Shown here one piece after another: positions 52,417 to 61,267 of a stretch of DNA of 64,000 nucleotides; position 1 is the stretch's first letter, and each line of letters begins with the position of its first letter. The notes below the pieces were generated by a model. It searched no databases, had not been told where the DNA came from, and saw only the letters and a list, made by a program, of their open reading frames with translations. Source of the DNA: Candidatus Eiseniibacteriota bacterium. GTDB lineage: Bacteria > Eisenbacteria > RBG-16-71-46. The translations under genes and the position numbers were made by a program. Location: positions 1,600,001-1,664,000 of the forward strand of contig CAVQXP010000004.1 of the NCBI GenBank assembly GCA_963717935.1. The letters run 5' to 3'.

Positions 52417-53768
52417 TCAGGCGGTGGTCGCCAGCGCCTCGTCGATGGTCGTGCAGTCCACCAGCCCGCTGCAGCCGTAGAGCACGGGCAGCAGCTTCTC
52501 CGGCGGATGATGGCGCCGCAGCTCGGCGACGAGATCGGTCCCCGCGCGGTAGCACGGCAGGTACATGCGCCCCATCAGCGGGTGCCTGCCCCAGGCGCCG
52601 GCGAACTTCTTCGCCCGCTCCTCGGAGACCAGGAAGTCGCGCCGCAGCACCGGCGCCACGTCCGCCTCGGCCGCGCGCTCCTGCCAGGTGAGGTACGAGG
52701 CCTGGTTCTTGGCGTCGTCCTGCAGCAGCGCCAGCAGCAGCCCGATCTTCAGGTCGTCGTCGGGGATCTGGTCCAGCTCGGTCACGCCGTGAGCGATGAG
52801 GATGGCGTTGTTGGCGATGCCCTCGAAGAGCGTGGCCGCGCGGGTGTTCATGGTGAGCACCGAGGCCTCGAAGCCCACCTGGCCGCGCCAGTAGAGGTCC
52901 TGCAGGAAGGCGAAGGTGGTGACGTGGCCGGGCACGACCTCGTGCGAGACGAGCTGCTCGAACTCCGGCACCGTGATCTGGAGCGACGCGTTGATCTCGT
53001 AGGAGGCCTCGTACTCGGGCCGGCCGCCGGGACGGCGCCTGCGGCCGAGGTAGTTCATCGAACCCGAGAACCAGGCGTCCTTGATGGGCAGGAACTCGAT
53101 GTTGTCCATGGGCACGTCGCCGAGTTCGGCTCGGCAGGAACGGGCGCAGGTTGCGCTCGGCCAGCGCGCGATAGTGGGCGATGTAGGCGCCGCCCACGGA
53201 GCGCACGCAGGCCATCGGGCACGTAGCGCGTGCCGCGCCAGGCGTCCACCGCCGCGAGCAGGTCGGCGTCGCTCGCCGACGGGTGGCCCGCGCGCGCCAG
53301 CAGTTCCTGCACCTGGCGGCGCTTCGTCGCCGGGTCCGAGGGCGAGGGCGGCTGGCCGGTCGAGGCCAGCACGCAGCGCTCGTAGGGGACGGGCTCACCC
53401 TTGCCGAGGATCTCCAGCCCCAGGTCCAGCATGACCTCGAAGCACAGGGCGAGTCCCGCGACGTAACGGCCGCGCAGGCCGCTCATGCTCTTCGCCTCCG
53501 TGCCGAGGGCGGCGATGGCGCCGCGCACGTCCACCGCGGCGAGGTAGGTCTCGACGGCGGCGCGGTCGGGCTCCTTCGCGGACACCCCGCCGCTCTCGCG
53601 CACGCGCGCGGCCGCCGGGTGCGTGTAGGCGGGTGGCAAGGGGGCGTCGGAGAACCAGGAGTCGGCGATGAAGCGCCCGAGGCCGGAGGGGTTCATGACG
53701 TCGCCGCCCCAGAGGGTGTCGATGCCGAGGACGGCGTTGGCGACGTGCTCGTCGAAGCGCTGGCTCAT
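52417..53768 (-). pseudogene. Zincin-like protein with DUF885-type HExxPGH motif, frameshifted near 53130-53220
   Basis: GAGGAGG SD at start; ORFs 53055..53768 and 52417..53115 join into one protein; HEVVPGH...FEG motif. Confidence 0.65.
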
Positions 53769-53926
53769 GGAGCCTCCTCATGCCTGGCCCGGGACACGAG
53801 CGCGGGCCGCGCAGGGCTGGATGGACATGCGATCGGGCCCACCCGCGCGGACGCGGATGGTGGAGCGGGCAGTCTAGCGCAAGATGTGCCCGGCTGCCGC
53901 CCGGGGAGCGGTCCGGCCTGGAAACG

Positions 53927-53962
53927 AACGCGCCCGGACCGCTTCACGGGTTCGGGCGCGTT
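53927..53962 (-). terminator. Intrinsic terminator-like hairpin
   Basis: On minus strand AACGCGCCCGAACC-loop-GGTCCGGGCGCGTT (one mismatch) followed by CGTTT. Confidence 0.55.
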
Positions 53963-54000
53963 GCTTGAGGCGGGGAGGCCCCGCCCATGTTCCGCCGAAG

Positions 54001-54057
54001 CTAGCGGCGGATCCACCACAGCAGATCGATGAACAGAACGATCAGGCCGACTTCCAC
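54001..54057 (-). CDS. Putative 18-aa micropeptide MEVGLIVLFIDLLWWIRR
   Basis: GGAGGT SD 5 nt before GTG; GC3-rich codons; hydrophobic core with basic tail; not in the ORF track. Confidence 0.5.
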   Translation of the reverse strand: MEVGLIVLFIDLLWWIRR

Positions 54058-54162
54058 GGTCCACCTCCGGTGGGAGAGTGGCGCGCTCTTCGCGCGGTCA
54101 ACCGTCTGGATCGGCCGTCCGTGGGTTGGCATCACGGACGGGGGAAGCGGCTTCCTGTCGCT

Positions 54163-56634
54163 TCACCTCGTAGTGTCGGCAGCCTCGGGCTGGAACTTTA
54201 GCTCTTCCTGGCGGGGCCCGGGACGCGCGTGGGCGGGCCGGGTGACCTGCTTGAGCACCACCACGGTCACGTCGTCCAGGGGTCGATCGGTGAAGGCCTG
54301 GACCGCGGCCAGCAGCGCCCGCAGGATCTCGGCCGCGCCCTTGCGGGCGTGGGCCTCGAGCACCCTGCGGACCCCCTCCGGACCGAACTCCTCCTCGCCG
54401 TGCCGTGCCTCCGTGAGCCCGTCCGAGTAGAGCACGATGATGTCTCCGGCATCGAGCTCGACGCTGCAGTCCTCGTACTGCGCCCGGGGGGAGACCCCGA
54501 GCAGGACCCCGCTCTGGCAGAATTCCTCGAAGCGGCCGTCGCGCCGGCGCAGCAGCGGCGGGGTGAGCCCCGCGTTGGCGAAGGTGAGCGAGGCGCCTCG
54601 CACGTCGACCCGGGCGCAGAGCAGGGCCACGAAGGCCTCCGGCTGGTTCAGCGCCACCAGGTCGTGGTTCAGGGCGGAGAGCAGCTGGCCCGGCGCGGCG
54701 CCCCGGCGCGCCCGGTCCCGGAAGGCGGCGTGCGCCCAGGTGCCCATGAGCGCGGCGGGGATGCCCTTGCCGGCCGCGTCCCCCACGGCCAGCGTCACCA
54801 CCGGGCCGGGGCTGCGGACGAAGTCGTAGTAGTCGCCCCCGATCGATTCGGAGGAGAGTGCGGCCGCCGCGCAGTCGAGTGAGCGGAAGACCGGCACCCG
54901 CCGGGGAAGCAGATGCGCCTGGATGACGCCGGCCTTCGAGAGCTCGCGATCCCTGACGCCGTGCGTGCTCGCCGCCTCGCGCAGGCGTGCGTTCTCGAGC
55001 AGCACTTCGAGGTGCCCGGCAAAGCGCCTCAGCTCGCGCTGGTCCTCGAGCCCGAACCAGGAGCCGCCCAGACGCCGGCCCAGCATCAGGCAGTGCCGGA
55101 CGGCCCCGCCCACGGGCAGCAGCCACGCCACGCCGGCGCGCTCCAGCGCGCGGCGGTCAGGCGCGCGCAGGCACAGGTCCTCCAGCGCCACGACCCCGCC
55201 GCCCTCGGGCAGGGCCGCGCTGAAGTCGGTCTCCGGCGATGGGCTCACCGTCACGCCGGCGCACGCCGCGGTCCGCAGTCCCCCGCGGGCGAACTCGAGC
55301 GCCAGGCAGCCGTCGAGGTGGAAGGCCCCGGCCAGTGCCCGGCAGGCCGCCTCGATCACGTGGCTCGGGGGGCCGTGGCGTGCGCCGGGGTCGGCGTCCA
55401 GCCGTTCGGTGGCCGTGGCCACGTCGGGGACGAAGCGCGCCCCGAGCGAGCGCAGCCAGCGGCTCGCGGGTCCGGCGACCGCGGCGGTGAGGGCCACGAA
55501 CGTCAGCGCTCCGCCGGCCAGGCCCGAGCCGAGATCCCGGTGCCACGCGGCGGCGAGCCATTCGCCCGCGACGTAGACGAGCCCGCCCAGCGTGGCGAGC
55601 ACCACCAGTACGACCGCAGCCCGCATGGCGACCTTGAACTCGAAGACGCGGTGCACACCGGTGGCCCAGGCGAACGACGCCGGCACGAGCAGGGTGAGGA
55701 GCACGGCCAGGCGCTCGCCGGGGATCGGTTCACCGGGCGAGAGGTTCCGCACCGCGACCAGCGTGGCGAAGGGCAGGGCCCCGAGCGCGGTGCCTGCCAG
55801 CGCCACCCGCAGCCGCCGCCGCGCGTCCGTGGAGCGCGCGCGGCGATAGGAACCCGCGAACACGTAGAGCGCGGCCAGCAGCCCGAACGCGAACCACAGT
55901 CCGGCCATGCCCTGGATCAGGGACTGCGCGGTCGCGGCGATGACCCCGAAGACCGGTTCGGCCAGTGTGATGAGGAACGAGGCCCCGAAGAGACCCGTGG
56001 CCACACCGTAGGCGATGGTGGTGGCCGAGCGCAGACGGCCCCTCGGCCGGCCCGACTCGGGGAAGAGGGCGAAGAAGTGGATGAACAGCGCCGGCAGGTA
56101 GAGGCCCACGCCGGTGTAGAGCGCGTCGTACAGCACGCCCGAGGCCTCGCTGCGCCAGCGCGGCAGCGGCGCGAGGAACCAGGCGAAGGCCAGGCAGAGC
56201 AGGAAGAAGGTCCGCGTGAGCCGGTCGCGGCGCTCGCTCCAGACCCAGCCGCCGATGAGCACGAAACCCGACGCCGCGGCCAGCAGGGCGGCCATCATGC
56301 GGCGCTCGCCGTCGGGGAGCGCTATCGGCACCACGCGGATCGTGGCCAGGTCAGGGCCGCGCTCGCGCAGCAGGACCATGGGCACGCCCGGGACCGCGGA
56401 GGCGAGGGGGGAGCGCGCGAAGGGCGGCTGGCCGGGTTGCGGGAGCAGGTGGTCCCCGGGGGCGAGCCCGGCGCCCTCGGCCGGGCCGCCGGGAACGACC
56501 GCCACGACGCGGTCCCCGCGCAGGACGAGCCCCGCGTATGGCTGGAGGGGCAGGCTCAGGGCCGACAGGATCAGCGCGGCCGCGACGGGCAGGAGCAGCC
56601 AGGACAGGAGGGAAGACGAAGTGCCGCGATCCAT
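54163..56634 (-). CDS. Membrane-bound PDZ + multi-TM + SpoIIE (PP2C) phosphatase
   Basis: V.PGGPAEGAGL.PGD PDZ; several TM helices; IGGDYYDF, GDAAGKG, NAG, YSDGLTE, DDVT. Confidence 0.88.
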   Translation of the reverse strand: MDRGTSSSLLSWLLLPVAAALILSALSLPLQPYAGLVLRGDRVVAVVPGGPAEGAGLAPGDHLLPQPGQPPFARSPLASAVPGVPMVLLRERGPDLATIRVVPIALPDGERRMMAALLAAASGFVLIGGWVWSERRDRLTRTFFLLCLAFAWFLAPLPRWRSEASGVLYDALYTGVGLYLPALFIHFFALFPESGRPRGRLRSATTIAYGVATGLFGASFLITLAEPVFGVIAATAQSLIQGMAGLWFAFGLLAALYVFAGSYRRARSTDARRRLRVALAGTALGALPFATLVAVRNLSPGEPIPGERLAVLLTLLVPASFAWATGVHRVFEFKVAMRAAVVLVVLATLGGLVYVAGEWLAAAWHRDLGSGLAGGALTFVALTAAVAGPASRWLRSLGARFVPDVATATERLDADPGARHGPPSHVIEAACRALAGAFHLDGCLALEFARGGLRTAACAGVTVSPSPETDFSAALPEGGGVVALEDLCLRAPDRRALERAGVAWLLPVGGAVRHCLMLGRRLGGSWFGLEDQRELRRFAGHLEVLLENARLREAASTHGVRDRELSKAGVIQAHLLPRRVPVFRSLDCAAAALSSESIGGDYYDFVRSPGPVVTLAVGDAAGKGIPAALMGTWAHAAFRDRARRGAAPGQLLSALNHDLVALNQPEAFVALLCARVDVRGASLTFANAGLTPPLLRRRDGRFEEFCQSGVLLGVSPRAQYEDCSVELDAGDIIVLYSDGLTEARHGEEEFGPEGVRRVLEAHARKGAAEILRALLAAVQAFTDRPLDDVTVVVLKQVTRPAHARPGPRQEELKFQPEAADTTR

Positions 56635-56714
56635 GCGGACCTCCCGGTGCAGTTCGGGTGCTGGTGCGGTGTCGGGGCGGACTTGCGCAGCCAACGCCAC
56701 GTACAGACATTGGC

Positions 56715-56742
56715 AGGCTATCAACAGCGAGACGGCTGTCAA
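56715..56742 (-). promoter_or_regulatory. sigma70 promoter TTGACA-N16-TAGCCT (extended TGn) for the PDZ-PP2C gene
   Basis: Perfect -35 and extended -10 in a locally AT-richer stretch. Confidence 0.55.
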
Positions 56743-56800
56743 CGCCTGATTTTGCGCCTGATTCCACGCCGGCCGGGACCGGCCCGGGCCCGGACACGGC

Positions 56801-56831
56801 GACGCGGCCCCGGTGAAGCCGGGGCCGCGTC
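56801..56831. terminator. 13-bp stem-loop downstream of the porB-like gene
   Basis: GACGCGGCCCCGG-TGAAG-CCGGGGCCGCGTC. Confidence 0.5.
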
Positions 56832-56900
56832 TTCGCCACGCCCCGGGCCGGGACCTTGCGGCCGGTGGAGCGCGCCGGGTGCCCGGCGGGGCCGGTGGAG

Positions 56901-57797
56901 CTAGGTGCCGGACTCGACGCGTCGCTTGAGCAGCTCCCAGCGCGTGTCGACCTCGGCCTGGACGTGGCGGACCTGCTCGGGCGTCAGGTGCCGGAAGCGC
57001 CCTTGCCGGCGGATGTAGGGTTCGACCGGGTCGCCCGGGTGGTCCGCGGTGAAACGCCAGCGCTGCCCGTTCTCCACCTCGAAGAGCGGGAACACGCGGG
57101 TGCGCACGGCCTGGCGTGCCAGATCCACGGTTTCCTCGTCGGGGACGTTCCAGCCCGGTGGGCAGGGCGCGAGTATGTGCAGGAACTTCGTGCCACGGAT
57201 CGTCCCGGCCTTCCGCACCTTCTCGATGAGGTCCACCGGGTGGGCCACCGTGCTCGTCGCCGCGTACGGGATGCGGTGCGCGGCGAGGATGCCGATCATG
57301 TCCTTCTTCGCGTGGGGCGTGGGAGTACCGCTCGAATCGGCAGCAGCCGGCAACTCCAGCGGCCCTGCCGGGGGACACGGGACTCCGACGTTCAGGCCTG
57401 CTCCGGCATCATGGCAGACGTAGAGGATGTCCTCGTTGCGCTCGGCGGCGTCCGACAGATCCTGCAGGCCGGTGCCGGACGTGTCGCCGGCCTCCGCCCA
57501 GGCCAGCACGGTCGTCTCCCGGTCGCCGCGCCCGTCGAGCGCAGCGCGGATGCCCGAGGCCGCAGCGGCTGCGGCCCCGGGAGTGACGCGCAGATGCGGT
57601 ACGCCGAGCGCCGACCGCGGTTCCGAGCCGCTGAGGATGGTCCAGGCGTACGCCGGCGAGGCGATGATGGTCTCGGGCCCGAGCGCCTTGAGAACGAGCC
57701 GCATGGCGATGCTGCCGCCGCAGCCCGGGCAAGCCAGGTGCCCTGACGCGAGCCACTCCTCGGGAGGGATCCGGTCCTTGATCGTGGATTGGCTCAT
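56901..57797 (-). CDS. 2-oxoacid:ferredoxin oxidoreductase beta-subunit (PorB)-like protein with degenerate TPP motif
   Basis: GHLACPGCG, AAAASG, H.IPYAAT and PCPPGW present; GDG and NxxYxNTG replaced. Confidence 0.8.
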   Translation of the reverse strand: MSQSTIKDRIPPEEWLASGHLACPGCGGSIAMRLVLKALGPETIIASPAYAWTILSGSEPRSALGVPHLRVTPGAAAAAASGIRAALDGRGDRETTVLAWAEAGDTSGTGLQDLSDAAERNEDILYVCHDAGAGLNVGVPCPPAGPLELPAAADSSGTPTPHAKKDMIGILAAHRIPYAATSTVAHPVDLIEKVRKAGTIRGTKFLHILAPCPPGWNVPDEETVDLARQAVRTRVFPLFEVENGQRWRFTADHPGDPVEPYIRRQGRFRHLTPEQVRHVQAEVDTRWELLKRRVESGT

Positions 57798-57871
57798 GAC
57801 CTCGCTCCCATCCGGGGGTCTGCGGGCCTGCCACACGCGAAGGCCTGGTTGCCCAGGAAGCCCTTCTTCAC
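57794..57871 (-). pseudogene. 25-aa remnant of a PorA (alpha subunit) N-terminus
   Basis: MKKGFLGNQAFA resembles the GNxAxA start of alpha subunits; overlaps both the upstream stop (GTGA) and the porB start (ATGA). Confidence 0.5.
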
Positions 57872-59707
57872 CGGCCCTCCCTCGTCATGACCATGGCGCC
57901 GCGCGGGCATTCCTCCACGCAGATGCCGCAGCCCTTGCAATGCTCGTAGGAGAGCAGGAAGCCGTGCCCGTCCGGGTGGCGCTCGATGGCGATGTCGGGG
58001 CAGAAGATGAGGCACAGTTCGCACTGGTTGCAGACGCCACAGTCGAAGCAGCGGCGTGCCTCGGCGAGCGCCTCGTTGGTGGTGAGGCCGAGGTTGGCCT
58101 CGGCGAAGCTCGAGCGGCGCTCCTCGAAGGAGCGGTGCCGGTCGGGCTTGCCGGACCCGCTCGTGAAGTGCGCCATGTTGAGACGCTCGAACGGCACCAC
58201 CTCGTTCACCTCGCCGGTGCGGTGGACGGGGTCGTCCTTGCGCCAGCGGGTGATGCTGAAGTTGCCAGCGCCGCCGTAGCGCAGCGCTTTCGGGCCGGCT
58301 TCGGCGACCGGCTCGCCGGCCTTCTCGCGCAGGTGGCGGTCGATGCCGATGGCCGCCCGCTTGCCCGAGCCGAGCGAGTGCGCCACGGTGCGCGCCTCGC
58401 CGGTGATGTCGCCGCCGGCGAAGAAGCCGGGGTGGCTCGTGCGCCCGAACTCGTCCACCTTGACCACGTAGCCCTTGCGCGTGATCTCGGACGGCAGGAA
58501 ATCGAGGTCGGGCTCCTCGCCCAGCGCGGTGAGCAGAGTGTCGGCCGGGATGAGGAAGTTGCTCCCCTGGATCGGCAGCGAGCGCCGCTCCCCGGACGGG
58601 CCAGGCTCGCCGGCGCGCATGCGCACGCACTCGACGCCCACCAGCCGTGTCCTCGGCCGGTCGCCCTCGCCCTCGACGTACATGGTGCGGATGGCCTCGA
58701 TCGCCTCCTCGTTCTCGGCGTGCTCGGAGGTCTGCACGGCCACCGGCCACACCTGGAACTCGAAGCGCACGCCCTCGCGGACGGCCTCCTCGAAGGCCTC
58801 CGCGCTGGCCGAGAGGTCGGCGCGCGAGCCCTGGCAGAGGACCACCGGGCTCCGCCCCGAGCCTCAGCGCGGTGCGGGCGCAGTCCACCGCGGTGTCGGT
58901 GCCGCCGACCACGACCACGCGGTGCCCGACGGCGCCACGGTCGCCGACCTTCGCCTCGCGCAGGAACTCGAGACCGGGCCGCACGTCCGCCGGGTCCTGG
59001 CCGGCGAGCTCGAGCGGCCGGTTCACGCGCGCGCCGCTCGCGAGGAAGATGGCGTCGTGCGACTCCAGTTCCTTCCACGGGAGGTTGCCGCCCACGCGCA
59101 CGTCGCACTGGAAGTTGACCCCCTGCGAGCGGATGTGCTCGATCTCGCGCGCCAGCACGTCGCGGGGCAGGCGATACTCGGGGATGCCGTAGCGCAGCGC
59201 CCCGCCCGGCTCGGGCTCCGCCTCGAACACGTTGACCGCGTAGCCGAGGCGGGCGAGGTGGTAGGCGCAGGCCAGGCCGGCCGGGCCCGAACCCACGACG
59301 GCCACCTTCTCCTTGCGGGTGCGCGCCGGGACGGGCACGCGGACCTCGGGCTCGAGGTCTCCCAGCATGCGCTCGACGGCGTGGATGTTCACGGCGTCGT
59401 CGAAGAACGCGCGGTTGCAGGCGGTCTGGCAGGGATGGTCGCAGACCCTCCCGGTCACGGCCGGCATGGGGTTCTCGCGCAGCAGCAGGTCGCGGGCCTC
59501 CGCGACCCTGCCCTCCCGCAGCAGGTTCATGCAGCCCTCGACGTCCGTGCCCACCGGACAGGCCGCGTTGCAAGGCGCGACCATGTCCTGGTAGGTGGGC
59601 CGGGTGCACTTCGACGACCCGGTCCGCTTCGCGCGGGTCGATCCGGCGTCCGCCGCGATGGACGGCACGCCGTGCTGGATGCCGCCCTCGGCCTGGTCGT
59701 CACGCAT
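57868..59707 (-). CDS. GltD/DsrL-like FAD/NAD(P)-dependent Fe-S oxidoreductase with C-terminal ferredoxin (PorD-like); one frameshift near 58850
   Basis: PCNAACP, GRVCDHPCQTAC, GSGPAG, YGIPEYRL, FAGGD, RCFDCGVCNQCELC..FCP, CKGCGICVEECP. Confidence 0.85.
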
Positions 59708-59804
59708 GCTGCACCTCCCAGTCCCCGACCTTCACCACAGCCTCGCGGGTTGCTTCACTCCGGCTGGCAAGGGGCACTCCATCCAAGGAAGCATGGTCGC
59801 GAGC

Positions 59805-59819
59805 GCATGGTTCGTGCCA
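59805..59819 (-). promoter_or_regulatory. Putative sigma54 promoter TGGCACGAACCATGC
   Basis: Matches TGGCAC-N5-TTGC with one mismatch and correct GG/GC spacing; about 100 nt upstream of the oxidoreductase start. Confidence 0.5.
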
Positions 59820-60105
59820 GCGCTGTCCCGAGCAACCACGGCCGGGGGGCGCGGGAATCCTGCGCCCGGATGCGCGAAATCATGCACCGGAGCCGGGTTC
59901 CCAGTCCACCCGTGCGGGAGCGTCCGGACCCTCCGCTGCCAACCTGTCAGGCCGATGGCTCGGGCTGTCAGCCCTCCGGCTGCGGTCCGTCGGCGCGCGA
60001 GCGCGATGGGGGGTGGTCGCGGCCGGGGTTTGCGCGGTGCCGGGCACCTGCCTAGAGTGGGTTCGGGAGGCCGGAAGCGGGGCCTGCACCACCACCGAGG
60101 AAGCC

Positions 60106-60699
60106 ATGATCACGTTCACCGACGTCGCACGCGGGAAGGTGCTCGAGCTGTTGGCGGGCGAGGGCCGCGAGGGCTCGGCCCTGCGTTTCTCCATCAGCGG
60201 GCGGATGGGCGGCGTGTTCCAGTACCGGCTGGCCTTCATGAAACCGGAGGAGCGCGAGCCCGGCGACGTGCTGGCCGACGCGGGCGGCTTCCAGGTCGTG
60301 GTGGACGCGCGCAGCGCGCCGTACCTGGCGGGCACCGTCGTGGACTACGTCGAGGCCCCGTCGCAGAGCGGATTCAAGATCGACAACCCCAACCCGCTCT
60401 GGAGCGACCCGCTGGCGACCGCGGTGCAGCGGCTCATCGACGACGAGATCAACCCGGCCCTGGCCTCGCACGGCGGCTTCGTGCACCTGCTGGAGCTGAA
60501 GGAGGGCGTGGCCCACGTCGAGCTCGGCGGTGGCTGCCAGGGCTGCGGCATGGCACATGTCACCCTCAAGCGGGGCATCGAGGCCCGCATCCGCGAGGTC
60601 CTCCCCGAAGTGAAGGAAGTGGTGGACGCGACCGACCACTCCGGCGGGGCGAATCCGTATTTCCGCGGGTCGGAGTCCCGCGAATCCCCCTACGCCTGA
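60106..60699 (+). CDS. nfuA: Fe-S biogenesis protein NfuA (degenerate A-type domain plus NifU-C domain)
   Basis: MITFTD.A, SAPYL.G..VDY, GFKIDNPN, INPALASHGG, GGCQGC. Confidence 0.9.
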   Translation: MITFTDVARGKVLELLAGEGREGSALRFSISGRMGGVFQYRLAFMKPEEREPGDVLADAGGFQVVVDARSAPYLAGTVVDYVEAPSQSGFKIDNPNPLWSDPLATAVQRLIDDEINPALASHGGFVHLLELKEGVAHVELGGGCQGCGMAHVTLKRGIEARIREVLPEVKEVVDATDHSGGANPYFRGSESRESPYA

Positions 60700-60752
60700 A
60701 TCGCAGCGGCGCCCCGGAGCATCCCAACCTCCGCGACCCACGAGGAGGCATC

Positions 60753-61178
60753 ATGCAACGCAAGGCGACGGCGGTATGGAAGGGTGGACTGAAGGATGGC
60801 AAGGGCACGATCTCGGGGGAGAGCCGGGCCTTCCACGATCTGGCCTACGACTTTCGCAAGCGCTTCGAGAGCGATCCCGGCACGAACCCGGAGGAGTTGA
60901 TCGCCGCGGCCCACGCGGGTTGCTTCTCGATGGCGCTCTCGGCCGAGCTGGGCAAGGCCGGCCTCGTGCCCGAGAGCATCCGCACCACGGCGGGCGTGAC
61001 GCTCGAGATGCTGGAGACCGGCCCGACGGTGACGGCCATCCACCTCGAAGTGGCGGCACGCGTCCCCGGCGCGGCCCCCGCGGCGTTCGAGCAGGCCGCC
61101 CTGGCCGCGAAGGACGGCTGCCCCATCTCCCGGTTGCTCCAGGCGGCGCGGATCACGCTGGCGGCGAAGCTCGAGTAG
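60753..61178 (+). CDS. osmC: OsmC peroxiredoxin
   Basis: W.GGLKDGKG, GTNPEELIAAAHAGCFSMALS, CPIS; GAGGAGG SD. Confidence 0.94.
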   Translation: MQRKATAVWKGGLKDGKGTISGESRAFHDLAYDFRKRFESDPGTNPEELIAAAHAGCFSMALSAELGKAGLVPESIRTTAGVTLEMLETGPTVTAIHLEVAARVPGAAPAAFEQAALAAKDGCPISRLLQAARITLAAKLE

Positions 61179-61205
61179 CGGCCGCGGCCGGTCCGATGGG
61201 CATGG

Positions 61206-61239
61206 CGAAGCCCCGTTCCCTGCCGGGAGCGGGGCTTCG
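61206..61239. terminator. Hairpin between convergent osmC and BamA-like genes
   Basis: CGAAGCCCCGTTCCC-TGCC-GGGAGCGGGGCTTCG. Confidence 0.6.
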
Positions 61240-61267
61240 TCGTGCGTGCCGCGGGCGCGGCCCGGGC

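Noticed and set aside
56635..57378. Long N-terminal extension of the PDZ-PP2C ORF
   Set aside because: Overlaps the porB-like gene and a promoter; the GGGAGG SD supports the start at 56634.
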